From: Octopus vulgaris
Taxonomy: Eukaryota
Assembly: GCA_951406725.2 (NCBI GenBank)
Contig: OX597819.1
Span: 56,358,001-56,422,000 of the forward strand
Direction of reading: 5' to 3'
DNA length: 64,000 nt
In this document: positions 26,343 to 39,687 of the stretch, piece by piece
Position numbering within the stretch: position 1 is the first letter of the stretch
Layout: each line of letters starts with the position of its first letter
Program-made: the position numbers and the translations under genes
The notes under the pieces: generated by a model
Told to the model about the DNA's origin: nothing
What the model saw: only the letters and a program-made list of their open reading frames with translations
Databases searched by the model: none

Positions 26343-27108
26343 TCAGTCAACAAATGTTTTATATAGATATATCGGAAGTAGTGCAGAAGAATTCTTTAAA
26401 TATTTAATTTACATTCCTAGAGGCAGAATGAATTCAAAAGCTTGGTGGAAACACCAGAAAACTTTCTAATCATCTGATTTGTACGCAGCTTCAGAGTGTA
26501 ATGTCTGTTTAAACTCCGTTTTTAATATATTTTCCGCTAATATCGGATGCAAAACTAGCAATGTTAGGGATCTCTGACTAAAGTAATGAAATTAATATTA
26601 TAATCATAAAGATTATGAATAAAATATTAATAACAATACTATATTAAATGAACAGAAGTTAATTTCAATAATGAATAACAGTTGTAAATGTCGTTCTAGA
26701 TGTTTAACCCAAGGCATTCTAATAGAGAGGAATACCCTTCGTAATAAGAAGTAGTGGTAGTCGTGGTTATTCCTGGTCAGGCATCATGATGAACAAACCT
26801 AACATCTAAATTGCCTAAGTTATGCTTCTAAGATATGCAGTCAAGCGATGACGTTGAAGTTCCATGAATAAAAGTTGCCAGGTAGTAAAAGAATTTAAGT
26901 TTTTATTGTTAGTAATATGATAATAATCGCCTTGGTTGTTGCTTTTACAGAAATGACAGCAGACTGAATTTGATGCCCTAGAGCATGTAGCTGTTTCATC
27001 TTTTTATTCTGTAAATTCAAACCTCATTGGAGTTTGTTAGATTTCATTCTTTTCAGGGATGATATCAATCTGATATACTGGCATTTACTGAATTTATGTC
27101 GTTTGCAG

Positions 27109-27590
27109 CTGTGGTTCCCATTTTTTCAGTCCAGGGACCATTTTGTACTTGAAAAACCTTTTAGAGACCACTTCTAATTTTATTTTACGCTGTTATATTT
27201 TCACACTAAAATACTTAATGAAAGACAAAATAGTCTATTTACACCTCAAAATTTATTTTAGCAAACAAGAGATAAAATTTAAAATTTATTTTAGTAAACA
27301 AAGATAAGCACAAGATATCAAAATCCTTTTTCATAAAGTCGTTCTTTTTTAATCCATTCACCTTGTGACTAGCTTGATATTGGTGTTTCTGACACAAGAT
27401 ATCAAAATCATTTTTCATAAAGTCATTCATTTTTAGTCCATTCAGTTCGTGACTAACTTGATATTGGTGTTTCTCACACAAGATATAATCAATTTTAATG
27501 AACTCATTTAGTCTGAGTCTGATAGTTCCTCTGCTGTTGACAATTTCTTTTTCTACTTGAGATATCTACAACAGATGAAAGTGCAGTGAA
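27109..27590 (-). mobile_element. hAT (Charlie/Buster-like) transposon 3' end
   Basis: Minus pieces ALSSVVDISSRKRN../GTIRLRLNEFIKIDYILCEKHQYQVSH resemble the hAT C-terminal dimerisation region. There is a TIR-like ctgtggttccca at 27109 and an 84-bp tandem repeat at 27309/27393/27477. Confidence 0.6.
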
Positions 27591-28584
27591 AGATCAGCAG
27601 AATATGGAGGATATGGTAAAGTCGCGTATCCGAAGTCTGAGTTTCTGCAGCGTCATTCTTGCAATATGTGATTTTGCATTATTGTGGAGCAGATTTGTGC
27701 AGCGGCGATTCACCAATGCAGGTCTCATGTTTTGCAAGTGAGCATGCATTTCAGCGAGTTGATTGCAGAAACCCTCTGCTGTAATGCTGATTGGCTTCCA
27801 GAAAGCTGTAATGGACTACACCAATTGCAGACCACCAGAAAGTCACTATAATCTTTTGCTGATGCAAATTTGGCTTTGGGAAATGTTTGGGGGACTCAAA
27901 CATCCCCATTGACCTGATCATTTAGGGTTATCATAAAGGATCTACTTTTTGTCATAAGTGACTATTCAATCGAGAAAAATATCATTGGTATTTCACAGAG
28001 GGAGCATCGAGCACACTTCAAAACGCCGAACTTCTTGATTTTCATTGAACTCATGCAGTGCCCATATATTGAGATTTTTCACCTTACCAATCTTCTGCAG
28101 ATTGCGTGAGACCCTTGCAATACCGACACAAAGTGCATGAGACATTTCTTTCATATTTTGACGTGGGTTTTGTTCAACTGCGTCCAATTGTTCATTGTCA
28201 AAACTGTATGACCGTCCTCTACCTTCGTCATCTTCAAGGCTGTCATCATCAATACGGAATTTCTGAAACCACCCCCGTACTGCGCGGTTACCTGTGGATC
28301 CCTCGCCCCATGCTCTGTTGATATTGGCAGCAGTTTGGGAGGCGTCGTGCCCAAGGTTGAACTCATGCAAGAAAAGTAAGAATGTCCGTTTTTGTCTTAT
28401 TCATAATTAAGAGCGCCAATGCTTCAAGAATGTTTTCTGTCTGAAATAAGTAGAAACTTGTTAAAGAGCATACTTCAATTATTAAGTATGTCGAAATTCA
28501 CCTAAAATATAATTAAAATACTATGATAAAATAGCGTTTAAAAACGCAACACTTAGAGCGGCCATTACTTGCGAAACAACCTAA
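27590..28584 (-). mobile_element. Mariner (Hsmar1-like) transposon, 3'-truncated
   Basis: 5' TIR ttaggttgtttcgcaagtaatggccgc. ORF 27993-28370 HEFNLGHDASQTAANINRAWGEG..WFQKFR..WALHEF, then LLHNNA and PYPPYSADL. Confidence 0.9.
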
Positions 28585-28779
28585 TACCAAAACACGGTAT
28601 GTGATTATCCGATCATATTTCCAGAAAGATAGCCTGTTTCAAACGCAAGAAAGAAAATAAATTTCGGAGAAATCTGTTAACACCGACTGACCATTCAAGG
28701 GAATTTTATTTCACTTTTAATGATCACGTAAAATATTAAGGCAACTGAAGAAGGGTCTAAGATGTTTAGGTAGCTATCG

Positions 28780-30150
28780 GACCCAATTCTTCTGTAAATT
28801 AGGAAATTAGGAAATAATGTAGTTCAAGATTTACGAAATATACGTAAGGGTTATGGTTTGAACAGCCTTGACCAGCTTTGTCTTGGATCAAAATACCAAG
28901 AAAAAAAGTAACATATCTTCATGTGTTTTCTACACATATCTTCGTATTGTCTTCTAAACGATGAAATCTTTCTTTTTCGAAATGTGACACTTATGATATT
29001 GTCATACATTTCTTAAATATAGTATCATTATTCAGAAGGACTTTGTATAAAGTAAAATCGATCTATTTATGGATGACGGAATGTTGTAACACTATTGCAT
29101 ATCTGGAGGCTTTTGCACAGTATAGGGAAAGAATATACTGAAATGGAATCAGATGTGAGTACTGCAATTACTCTGAGGTAGCCTATATTCACAGAAAACC
29201 CAACACACGCATACAAAATATTTTTCTGATAGTGGAGATTCTGATCGCATTTTAATGCATGCTTTAAATAATTTCTATTCTCGAGCATCACTAATGTTTG
29301 CGAGAAAAGCAATATATTCTTATGTATCTTCAGTTCAAGTCGAGGCTTCGAGGCAATCGATATAGTTTTACAGTTTATTAGAATATAGCAAAAATCCGTA
29401 CAGAATTGTATGTCTTTGACCCTGTGCTTTTCCTTTTTTGCATAAACATATGTAGCTGTGCTTAGTGCCTATAGCTTGAATTAAGTTCTTTAGATATTAT
29501 CTATAGATATGTTTTATCTTTCAAGTATCACTAGAAAAGTTCAAATTGCTTTAGCAAATAGAAGGAAAATAAATGTTATTGTCATATTTGATCTAGTTTT
29601 GTACTTAGTTCACGCGATAGTCTAGATAGTGGTGGTGGCAGAGTTTTTAGAGTGGAGTGAATTTCTTTCTAAAACGATAATAGATGATATGAATACAGAC
29701 ATGAACACGCTATTGAGTTGTTTTCTTGTTTTACCATGTTAATTTTTTTTATTCCTTGGAGTAATATATCATAAATATCAGCAAAGATCTCGATCAATAA
29801 ATTTTGGTCACTACCTTTCGGCTGATATTGCCTTTAAGTATATTCGTTTCAATAATAATAAGTATAGATTCTTTGTAAAATTGTGATGTTCTTTTATCTG
29901 TCTAGTTCAATATCACAAGCTTCTCTATTGGGGGGGGGGATGACAATTGCCTGTAAGTTTTATTTTCAACAATCACAAGTATAAAGTTTGTGGAAAAGTG
30001 TGAAGATGTCTTTTCAGGTATTAAAATTTTCATTGTTTATATATATATATATCGACACAAAGACAATATATGGGTTAGTTCTTTCTAGGTCATCTTTTAT
30101 AAAGCAATGCGACATACAATAAATGTTGAATCAATGATAAATCCATTAAA
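28780..30150 (-). pseudogene. Old ~1-kb unit, copy C
   Basis: Minus frame RQYQPKGSDQNLLIEIFADIYDILLQ..KEIHSTLKTLPPPLSRLSREL aligns with copy D. Confidence 0.45.
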
Positions 30151-30734
30151 ATATTTGCAAGAATTAGTAATACAAATAACTGAGCTGAGTATTGTATTAT
30201 AATAGAAGATAAGAAGTTATCGTCAATTGGGTTGTTTTTGTCAAATATTTTTCCACCACCGATTGATTTTCTGCAAGAGCATTTTCCCACAGACCGTGGT
30301 ATCATGCTTATAACCAAACACAATATTAACTGTATAATATATAACCTATTCATTACATTTATAATACACATATATTATACACATATATAATACACATATA
30401 TTACATAATACATACGACAAACTAAACCATCTGGCAGATTATGATATACAATAAAACAGAAATAAAATTAAAATATTTATTCTTTCAGCGCGGCCCCGTT
30501 CAAAATAATCTACGGCTTCATACTGGGCCTCGGCTCAGTGTTTGGGTGGTCCTGTTCTAAAAATTCTGTCCATTACTTCTCATGTATTACTAATCGCCCA
30601 GTTCAATTAAATTAATTTCTTTGCTAATTTATGCAGTAGGAATTGTAATTGTAATTATAATTGTGATAATAACAAACTAAAGGGATTGATTTCATATAAA
30701 ATGTATTATTTCGTAAGTTATATTTTATCTGGTT

Positions 30735-31105
30735 TTATTTATTTCAGTCATTGAACTGCAACAATGCTGGGACAGAGCCTTGAGGGCTTTAGTCAAATAA
30801 ATCGACCTTAGTTCTTATTCTTTAAGCCTAGTATTTATTCTATCGGTTCGGTTTTGCCGAAGTGCTATGTGACGGAGACGTAAACAGGCAAACACCGGTT
30901 GTCAAGCGGTGGTAGAGGACAAACGCAAAGATATGCACGTATGCACGCACACACACACACACGATGGGCTTCTTTCAGTTTTCGTTTACCACAATCACTC
31001 ACAAGAATTTGGTCGTCCAGAGGCTATAGTAAAATCATTTGCCCAAGGTGTCCCACGGTGAGACTGAACCTGGAACCAAGAGGTGGGGAAGCAACGCCTA
31101 CACCG
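30735..31105 (-). mobile_element. SINE family A, diverged
   Basis: tttcagtcattgaactgc...gtcaagcgg...ttgcccaaggtg. Confidence 0.75.
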
Positions 31106-31469
31106 GTAACTTGTATAATATTGATGTATTGGGTCAACTTCATACATAATGCGTAAAGTATCTCCTGTCCCATTATAAGAATGATTGTTTTGGACTGTCC
31201 AATTTATCTCCACAATTGCAAAAGAACTTGCAACTAATACAATATTTGTAAAAAATTACAAAATTGCAGATTTTTTAAATTATGGGATATATGATAGGAA
31301 TATTAAAATTTAGACGTTAGTTTATAATTCGGTGTCCTGCCTGGCTGACATTAGGCTGGAAAAGGAGATATTATAACAAAGAATGTTAAAATGGATAGAA
31401 GACACAAGATGCCTTCACATGAATAAAACACTGGTATGAATAAGTTGAGATGTAGAATTAATCATTGTT

Positions 31470-31648
<179 letters not shown>

Positions 31649-31964
31649 CCTAACTATTTATGTAGATGTATTTTCTCTCTCTGTGCACACACAGACACAC
31701 AAACACATAGAGAAACACACACACATACACAAACACACACATATAAATGGATCAAAACAGTTTGATTGAAACTCTTTTGTACACTGATTTTCAAGCGTGA
31801 TGTTAGTCTTTGGCCAAAGGAAATTGAGTGCCCTCCTTTCGTTTGTCTACTAACATGTATATATATAGGGGAAGAATTCACAAAAGAAAAACAAACAAAA
31901 GCCGAAGAGAGGTAGTGTAGACAAAAAAACATGTATTAGTATAACGCTCGGAAAGTGGAAAAGT

Positions 31965-32000
31965 TTTTAACGTTTCGAGCCTACGCTCTTCCACAGAAAG
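31965..32000 (-). ncRNA. Hammerhead-like motif, A6U family
   Basis: CUUU-CUGUGGA-A-GAGC(guag)GCUC-GAAAC-GUU-AAAA. Confidence 0.45.
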
Positions 32001-32043
32001 GAACACAGAAAGAAACAAGGAGAGAAAATAAAGAATCTGTAGT

Positions 32044-32111
<68 letters not shown>

Positions 32112-32324
32112 ATGTGTGTGTGTGTATATATGTGTGTATGTGTTTGTGTATGTATGTATGGTATATCATTCATTTTCTAGATGATATCGTCATTTGTTTT
32201 AGCTAGCCAATACGTGCCCACGTACATACATATATGACGTATGTATTGTTCATTTATATATCGCCTCAGGAAACACAATTGGATCTCATGATGTAGAGAA
32301 ACAATTACATAACCAAACACCTGC

Positions 32325-32364
32325 AAGCCTGAAGAGCTACGTTGCAGAGAAATAGCTGTAGTGA
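32325..32364 (+). ncRNA. Hammerhead-like motif, intact core but weak stems
   Basis: CUGAAGA-gcuacguugcaga-GAAA-UAGCUG-UA; near-palindromic stem III, poor stem I. Confidence 0.35.
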
Positions 32365-32427
32365 TTACAAATAAATGTCCAGTCGGCTGCCATCTCGTTA
32401 ACTCCGACTTCATCAAATATATATATA

Positions 32428-32507
<80 letters not shown>

Positions 32508-32639
32508 AATATATAAATGTAACTACACAGGTGACTTTCTCTGTTCCGTCCTACTTTCTCTCTTCTCTGGACATTTCTTCTAAGTCTTTCATTGAGCGTC
32601 AACGTAATATACTCAGTGGTGTACATCCAATTAACTGTT

Positions 32640-33640
32640 GTTGTTTTCCCTGTTTTATTTTGTTTATATATATATTATATAAGAAAAGTAGTTTATTCTA
32701 CATACTACAAAAGAGAGGAGTTGAAAATGCACAGGGAATGTTTTACATAGTTTATTTTTGAATGTTTAACCGTTTTCACAGACGTTTTCCGTTATTCAGA
32801 AGCTTAGAAAGACGTTGAGCTATGCTGCAACCGTCTTCATGCTGACTGGAGTTTTTATCTGACTCAAATGGCTCAAATCAGTATCTGTTTGCGATACACT
32901 TTGATAGGCTTTGACATTTTTGTACGTTCTCCGCTCCACTCTGTGCGATAAAGTCATGTGACAATATTTTTGCACCGAAAGCGAAAGCTGGCACGATTGA
33001 ATGAATGTGTGCAGTGACAGACCCAAAGCGTCAAGGCTCTCTAAATTTAATTTTGGTAAAGTGGACATGAGTTGTGTGTAGTCAAGTGGCTGAATGGATA
33101 CGATCTGTATGTATGTACGTTGCCTTAAAATGTTGTTCTTCAGTAAATTCGTGTGCCAGTGTCATGTGAGAAGTCATGATGGTGCCCAAAGTTTAGGTTG
33201 TTTGCTGTGTAGATTCAACATGTTGAATGGCAGAATGAGTTTGCATGTAAGTAGCTGTTGGTGAATGTACTTTGTTAAAGTTTGTTCAGTCGAGGTACAT
33301 TTTTGTATGAATATATGTTCTTTGTTTATTCGTGTTTGAACTGTGAAGTGAGAAGACTTGGAATTTGGGGAACTTAATTTTTACAGATATTTCTAGTCAG
33401 TAGGATCTGTCTAGTACTGGAGTTTCGCATTTATTGGCGATGAATAGGCAGTCTATTTATCAGAGTAAGTTTTGACCTATCTAATCTTCGTTACATCTTT
33501 TCATATATTAAATGTTTTGATGAACAGGTAAAATTACCTTTTATCGTAAAAATCTCTCCTGATTTAAGTTTATATGCATGTATAGGAGAGAAAGAAAGAT
33601 ACAAAGGAAAAATATTTGCACCGACGTATCATACTTTGAA
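32640..33640 (-). mobile_element. Degraded Penelope-like element 3' part (GIY-YIG and downstream region)
   Basis: YKLKSGEIFTIKGNFTCSSKHLIY..TLINRLPIHRQ*MRNSSTRQI..VPRLNKL*. Confidence 0.65.
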
Positions 33641-33969
33641 ACACATCACGTATGCAATTCTGTAAAGCACTCCTATGATTCATTTTACCGTCATTCAAAT
33701 AAGTAAATATAATTTAGTAAAAACGAGGATGATGATAGATTTCTTCAATTCAAACATATCGAGATATATAGTCAAATGCATTTCAGTCGTGATGATCCCG
33801 TGTTTTCGTATAAAAGTGTCTTATGTGCTTTTTTGAAAGGCATGGTTGTGGATATCTAAATGAAAATTTAGTTGGAGCTATAGTACGTTGAGACGATCAC
33901 ATCCTTTCATCTCTTATGTTGTGTGTCACAAAATCTCATACCCTTTTCCGGGTTGTTCGGTTTTATTTA

Positions 33970-34866
33970 TGTACCAAACGGTCTTCAAACTGGAATGGAA
34001 GCGGTTTATCAAAGTATGTTCGTACGAATATTACTGCTCTCCTCCCGCTACGTTCTGAGCCATATATTGGTTTTTGAGATGACAACGAACTCAAAATTAA
34101 TTTCCACTAAGTCAAGACCTCGACATGGTTTTGATCCCTGATTGTATTCGCTTAGTTTTGCTCACGTCACTAATGTTTCTCAGAAAGATATGAACGTCAC
34201 ATAATATTATATTTCTTCCGTTATAGGTCGAGGCCTCGACACAATCGATATTCTTTAAGAGTATATCGGAATAAAGTTATGCTTCTACAGAAAGTTTTCG
34301 GTTTGGCCGTATGTCTATTCGTTTGTTTTATTTTTTATAAACATGTTTGTTACCGTGCTCAGTGCATACAACCTGAAATAAGTGCTATAGATTATCTTTT
34401 CTTATGATGTTTTATCTACCAAATATCGCTAGAAAAGTTCAAATACCTTCAGCACAATAAAATTAAGGAAACATTATTGTCAAGCTGTACTTAGATCAGT
34501 TTATATAGTAATGTAGCTAGTGGTGGCAGTGTAACAGCAGAACGTACTGAATTTCTTTCCAAATTGATGATAGATAATGTGATAATAGTCTTGAATAGTT
34601 TATTTAGTTACTTTTTACAAAGTTATTTTCTTCTGTTTCTGAGAGCAATATGTCATATGTTTCAGCAAAGGTCTTGATCAATAAATTTTGGTCACTACCT
34701 CTCGGCTGTTATTGTCTTTAAGTCTTCCATTCCATTCAGTTTAACAAGTATAGATTCGGTGTAAAAGGGTGAAGGTTTCCTTTTATCTTTGGAATTCAAT
34801 ACCAGAGTTTTCGGTATTTAGGACTGATATTTGCCTTGAAGTCATATTTTATTTTCAAGAATATCC
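33970..34866 (-). pseudogene. Old ~1-kb unit, copy D
   Basis: RQ*QPRGSDQNLLIKTFAETYDILLSETEEN..YSRLLSHYLSSIWKEIQ and NIDCVEASTYNGRNIILCDVHIFLRNISDV..QSGIKT. Confidence 0.45.
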
Positions 34867-35757
34867 AGTATATATTGTTTGCAAAAATGTATGGCTGTAT
34901 TTCCATCTGTTGATTTCGATATTATAATCTACACTAAGGCGGTTAACTGGCGGAATCGGCAGCAAACCGGATCAAAAACCTTAGCGGCATTTTGTTGTTA
35001 CATTCTGAGTTCAAATTCTACTAAGGTCGACTTTGTCTTTCATCATTTCGGAGTCGATAAAATAAGTTCAAATCGAATACTGGGATCGGTGTAATCGGTG
35101 TCCCAGATACTAGATATTTCAGGCCTTCGGCCTATATCCGTGAAGATATTGTAATCAACATTGTATTAAATGATATGATTCTGGTAACTAAAACTGGAAA
35201 AACCCTTTCCGTTGTAAGGTATATAATCTCGCTTCTTATGCCTATGAAATATGCTTAATCATTATAACTACTATTAACCCTCTTCACACTGCAATATGTG
35301 AGCCTTTAATTTATGCGAAAATCAATATTTATCCATTGCTTTAACAATATATATCTGAGCAGATCAATTAGTGGAAGTACAGGTAGCGGGATTAAAATAT
35401 TTTTGTGCCTTTTTTTTCTGAAACTTAAAATATGGTGACTCTAAATTATATGATATAATCTGATAGAAAATTTCAATCAACTGCTTTTAATATTGTTATA
35501 AATGTGAATTTATAATCTGGGTATAGATGCTGGAGGTATTGAAGCAGTTTTCAGCAGTTATCTTCTTTACTCTTGCTGTTTTAAAGAGATACTCACACCA
35601 GCAGGGCAATAATGCATATTTGTTTCAAACAAATATTTGCCGGTTATTATTTGTAGCTTTATCTACTTTGAGTTTGAGTTTCAAATGAATTATATACATA
35701 CATTCACGCACACATACGCGCACATATATACTTGTGTGTGTGTGCTTCTGAGTTTGT

Positions 35758-35840
<83 letters not shown>

Positions 35841-36435
35841 AGCGCGGGTAAGTCGATTACACTGATCCCAGTGCTCGACTAGTACTTATTTTATACACCA
35901 CAAAAGGATGAAAGAAAAAGCCGACTCTGGCAGAATTTGAATTCAGATCATAAAGAGGGACGAAATGCCGCTAAGAATTTCGCCCTGCGTGCTAACGATT
36001 TTGCGAGCTCGCCACCTTCATGATGATTAATATTGAGAGTATATAGTTGAAGGAAACGACCTCAGTCAACTTTCTACGTACTGAATGTAATTAAAATAAA
36101 TTGACTCACTATATATTATATTTTAAAATATAACGAGGAAATCTAAATTTCGACATGGTCAGTATTTGAATTTTTTAAAAAGTTATCACACCAGGTTTTC
36201 CTTTTATGTTAAACAAATAGATATCAGAACGATACTTCTATAAAAAAGTATATATATTTTTGTAGTAATTTCTCTTCAGTTGGCTCTGTTTGGGTGTGTG
36301 GTTAAGACTTAACATAAGAACTGTGGCCTATTTATTACATAAACCTACTGGCCGTCACTACTGCGTAGTCGTAGTATAACTACTGAAATATGTAACAGAA
36401 GGAATATTTTCCCTTTATTATTTAAAATATATAAA

Positions 36436-36670
36436 GCGGCGAGCTGGCAGAAACGTTAGCACGCCGGGTGAAATGCTTTGCAGTATTTTGTCTGCCGTTA
36501 CGTTCTGAGTTCAAATTCCGCCGAGGTCGACTTTACCTTTCATCCTTTCGGGGTCGATAAATTAACTAGCAGTTACGCACTGAGGTCGATGTAATCGACT
36601 TAATCCGTTTGTCTGTCCTTGTTTGTCCTCTCTGTGTTTAGCCCCTTGTGGGTAGTAAATAAATAGGTAT
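36436..36670 (+). mobile_element. SINE family B, full monomer
   Basis: gcggcgagctggcagaaacgttagc (A-box-like) ... gagttcaaattcc (B box) ... ccttgtgggtagtaaataaataggtat. Further diverged copies lie at ~23295, 34937, 35845, 36910, 37148, 41996 and 55925. Confidence 0.85.
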
Positions 36671-38014
36671 ATAATATATGAAAAAATATATAGGTTTGGC
36701 CAAAAATCACCCGTAAGTAAATCAAAATTCCATAAATACTATCTGTTTCTTTATTATTCCATAAATACTATCTCTAATTCTGTATTGACTCGAATGGAAA
36801 AATGTGTCGCTCAAGAAGGACTTCAGAGTGAAAAATTTTCTCGATTCTTCATATTTAGATGCTTTAACTAAATTCATTCAATTGTTTAACATAAATTTTT
36901 AAACATAAATACATCTGCCTTTACGTTCTGAGTTCAAATTTCGCCGAGGTTGGCCTTGCCTTTCATCCATTCGGGGTCGATAAATTAAGTACCAATTGCG
37001 TACTGGGGTCGATCTAATCTGGCTCCCCTCCCCCAAAATTTCGGGCTTTGTGGCTAGAGTAGAAAAGTATATAAGGGAACGAGCTGGCAGAATGGTTAGC
37101 ACACAGAATGGATTGGTTAGAGTAGAAAAGATAATTTAAAGTATATAAAGCAGCGAGCTGGGAGAATCTTTCGCACGTCGGACCAAATGCTTTGCGGCAC
37201 TTTGTCTGTCTGCACTTTCAGAGTTCAAATTCTGCTGAGGTCGACTTTGCCTTTTATTCTTTCGGGGTCGATAAAACCAGTGAAACACTGGGTCGATGTA
37301 ATCGACTTGTCCCCTCCCCCCAAATTGCAGGCCTTGTACCTATAGTAGAAAGGATTATTTAAAATGCATCCTGTGAGATATGATAGCACATGACTAAGTG
37401 GTTATGGCATTGCACTAATTATCGCGGTTTCGATTTCCGGAAGGAGTAGTGCGCTGTGATCTTGAGCAAGACATTTTATTTCACATTGCTCCAGTTCATT
37501 CAGTTCTAAATGAGTAAACCAGCAACGGACTAGTGTCTTGTTCTGGTGTGATGTTGTGGTCCCTATCACTTGTATGGCATGGAAAGAAGGCAACCGGCCC
37601 CATGAGTTCTCGCACCAGACGCGCTAATGTCCAGGATCAACAGACTGTTTCTCTTAGGCATTAGTTCATATGCTGACCTTCATGTCATGAAATATTCTAA
37701 AGATGGAATTATTAATAAAACAATTTAATAAGTAGAAATATTTCATATGCACGCGCAATGGGAGAAAGTGTGATTATGATGATGACGGTGGTGCTGGTTA
37801 TAATTGTAATGGTGATAATGATGATAATTTGTATTTTGAACATAGAACTCTATATCAGTGACTGACTGGTACATTATTTTAATAACCTTATGCATGTTAG
37901 CATTATTATTTCGGTGAAATACAGTACAAGACAAGCATCGGAGCAGTTTTACATTATTTTGCCCTATGCCCGAACATTCTAGCAAAAGTTAGAAAAAAAA
38001 AAAACAGAAAACTT

Positions 38015-38532
38015 TTGCCACAAGGAGGGGAGTAAGTCGATTACATCGACACAGTGCGTAACTGGTACTTATTAAATCGATCCGAAAGGATGAAAGGCAA
38101 AGTCAACCTCGGCGGAATTTGAACTCAGAAATACGAAATACCTATTTCTTTACTACCCACAAGGGACTAAACACAGAGGAGACAAACAAGGACATAAAGG
38201 CGGATTAAGTCGATTATATCGACCCCAGTGCGTAACTGGTACTTATTTAATCGACCCCGAAGGGATGAAAGGCAAAGTCGACCTCGGCGGAATTTGAACT
38301 CAGAACATAGCGGCAGACGAAATACCTATTTCTTTACTACCCGCAAGGGGCTAAACATAGAGAGGAGAAACAAGGACAGACAAACAAATTAAGTCGATTA
38401 TATCGACCAGTGCGTAACTGGTACTTTAATCGACACCGAAAGGATGAAAGGCAAAGTCGACCTCGGCAGAATTTGAACTCATAACGTAGCGGCAGACGAA
38501 ATACCGCTAAGCATTTCGTCCAGCTCGCCACC

Positions 38533-38533
<1 letters not shown>
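38015..38533 (-). mobile_element. SINE family B, head plus tandem body units
   Basis: Three aggatgaaaggcaaagtc units joined at gaaatacc|tatttcttt. Confidence 0.88.
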
Positions 38534-38587
<54 letters not shown>

Positions 38588-38597
38588 TAATAATAAT

Positions 38598-38986
38598 AAT
38601 AATAGCACTTAATGAACACAAAATACATATTTCTTGATATACTCACAAATAAATTGATAATACCACTTAATCATCAGGGTATACTAACATAAATAAATAA
38701 ATAAATCAATAAATAATAATAATAATAAGAAGAAAGAGAAGAAGAAGGAGAAGAAGAAGAAGAAGAAGAAGAAGAAGAAGAAGGAGAAGAAGAAGGAGAA
38801 GAAGAAGAAGAAGAAGAAGAAGAAGAAGAAGAAGAAGAAGAAGAAGAAGAAGGAGAAGAAGAAATAATAGTACTTAATCAATAGGAAATACATATTCCTT
38901 GAAATACTCACATAAATAAATTGATAATACCACTTAATCAACAGGTTATACTGACATGAATAAATAAATAAATAAAAAAAAAAATA

Positions 38987-39074
<88 letters not shown>

Positions 39075-39145
39075 AAAGGGAGAAGAAAAAATAATAGCAC
39101 ATAATCAAAAGGGAATACATATTTCTTGATATACTAACATACATA
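38598..39145. repeat. Minisatellite: ~100-bp core plus (TAA)n(GAA)n, 2.5 units
   Basis: aatagcacttaat..aatacatatttcttgatatactcaca recurs at ~38600, ~38866 and ~39093. Confidence 0.8.
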
Positions 39146-39295
39146 GGCGCAGGAGTGGCTGTGTGGTAAGTAGGTTGTTTACCAACCACATCAGTCCCAC
39201 TGCGTGGCACCTTGGGCAAGTGTCTTCTACTATAACTTCGAGCCGACCAAAGCCTTGTGAGTGGATTTGGTAGACGGAAACTGGAAGAAGCCCGT

Positions 39296-39360
<65 letters not shown>

Positions 39361-39570
39361 ATATGTTTGTGTGTCTGTGTTTGTCCCCCCAATATCACTT
39401 GACATCCGATGCTGGTGTGTTTACGTCCTTGTAACTTAGCGGTTCGGCAAAAGAGACCGATAGACTAAGCATCAGGTTTACAAAGAATAAGTCCTGGGAT
39501 CGATTTGCTCGACTAAAGGCGGTGCTCCAGCATGGCCACAGTCAAATGACTGAAACAAATAAAAGAATAA
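39146..39570 (+). mobile_element. SINE family A, near full length
   Basis: Head ggcgcaggagtggctgtgtggtaag, then ccttgggcaag, internal (TA)n(TG)n and tail gactgaaacaaataaaag. Confidence 0.88.
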
Positions 39571-39635
39571 ATGAATATAAATAATTAAATAAACAAATAA
39601 ATAAATAAATAAATAATAATAACATTTAAGTTTAA

Positions 39636-39686
39636 TTTGTCAAAATATTTTCGTCGCTTTAAGTCCGCGACCTGTTCACTGACAAA
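39636..39686 (-). ncRNA. Minimal type-I hammerhead fold, G3-C8 core
   Basis: UUUGUCA-GUGAACA-G-GUCGC(ggacuuaaa)GCGAC-GAA-AAUAUU-U-UGACAAA: 7-bp stem I, 5-bp stem II and palindromic stem III. Confidence 0.65.
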
Positions 39687-39687
39687 A

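Noticed and set aside
27993-28370. SETMAR-like host gene
   Set aside because: There is no SET domain, a mariner TIR lies upstream, and the downstream frame is broken.
30230-30560. Possible degraded hAT MITE ends
   Set aside because: The resemblance is weak, and I could not pair TIRs or find an 8-bp TSD.
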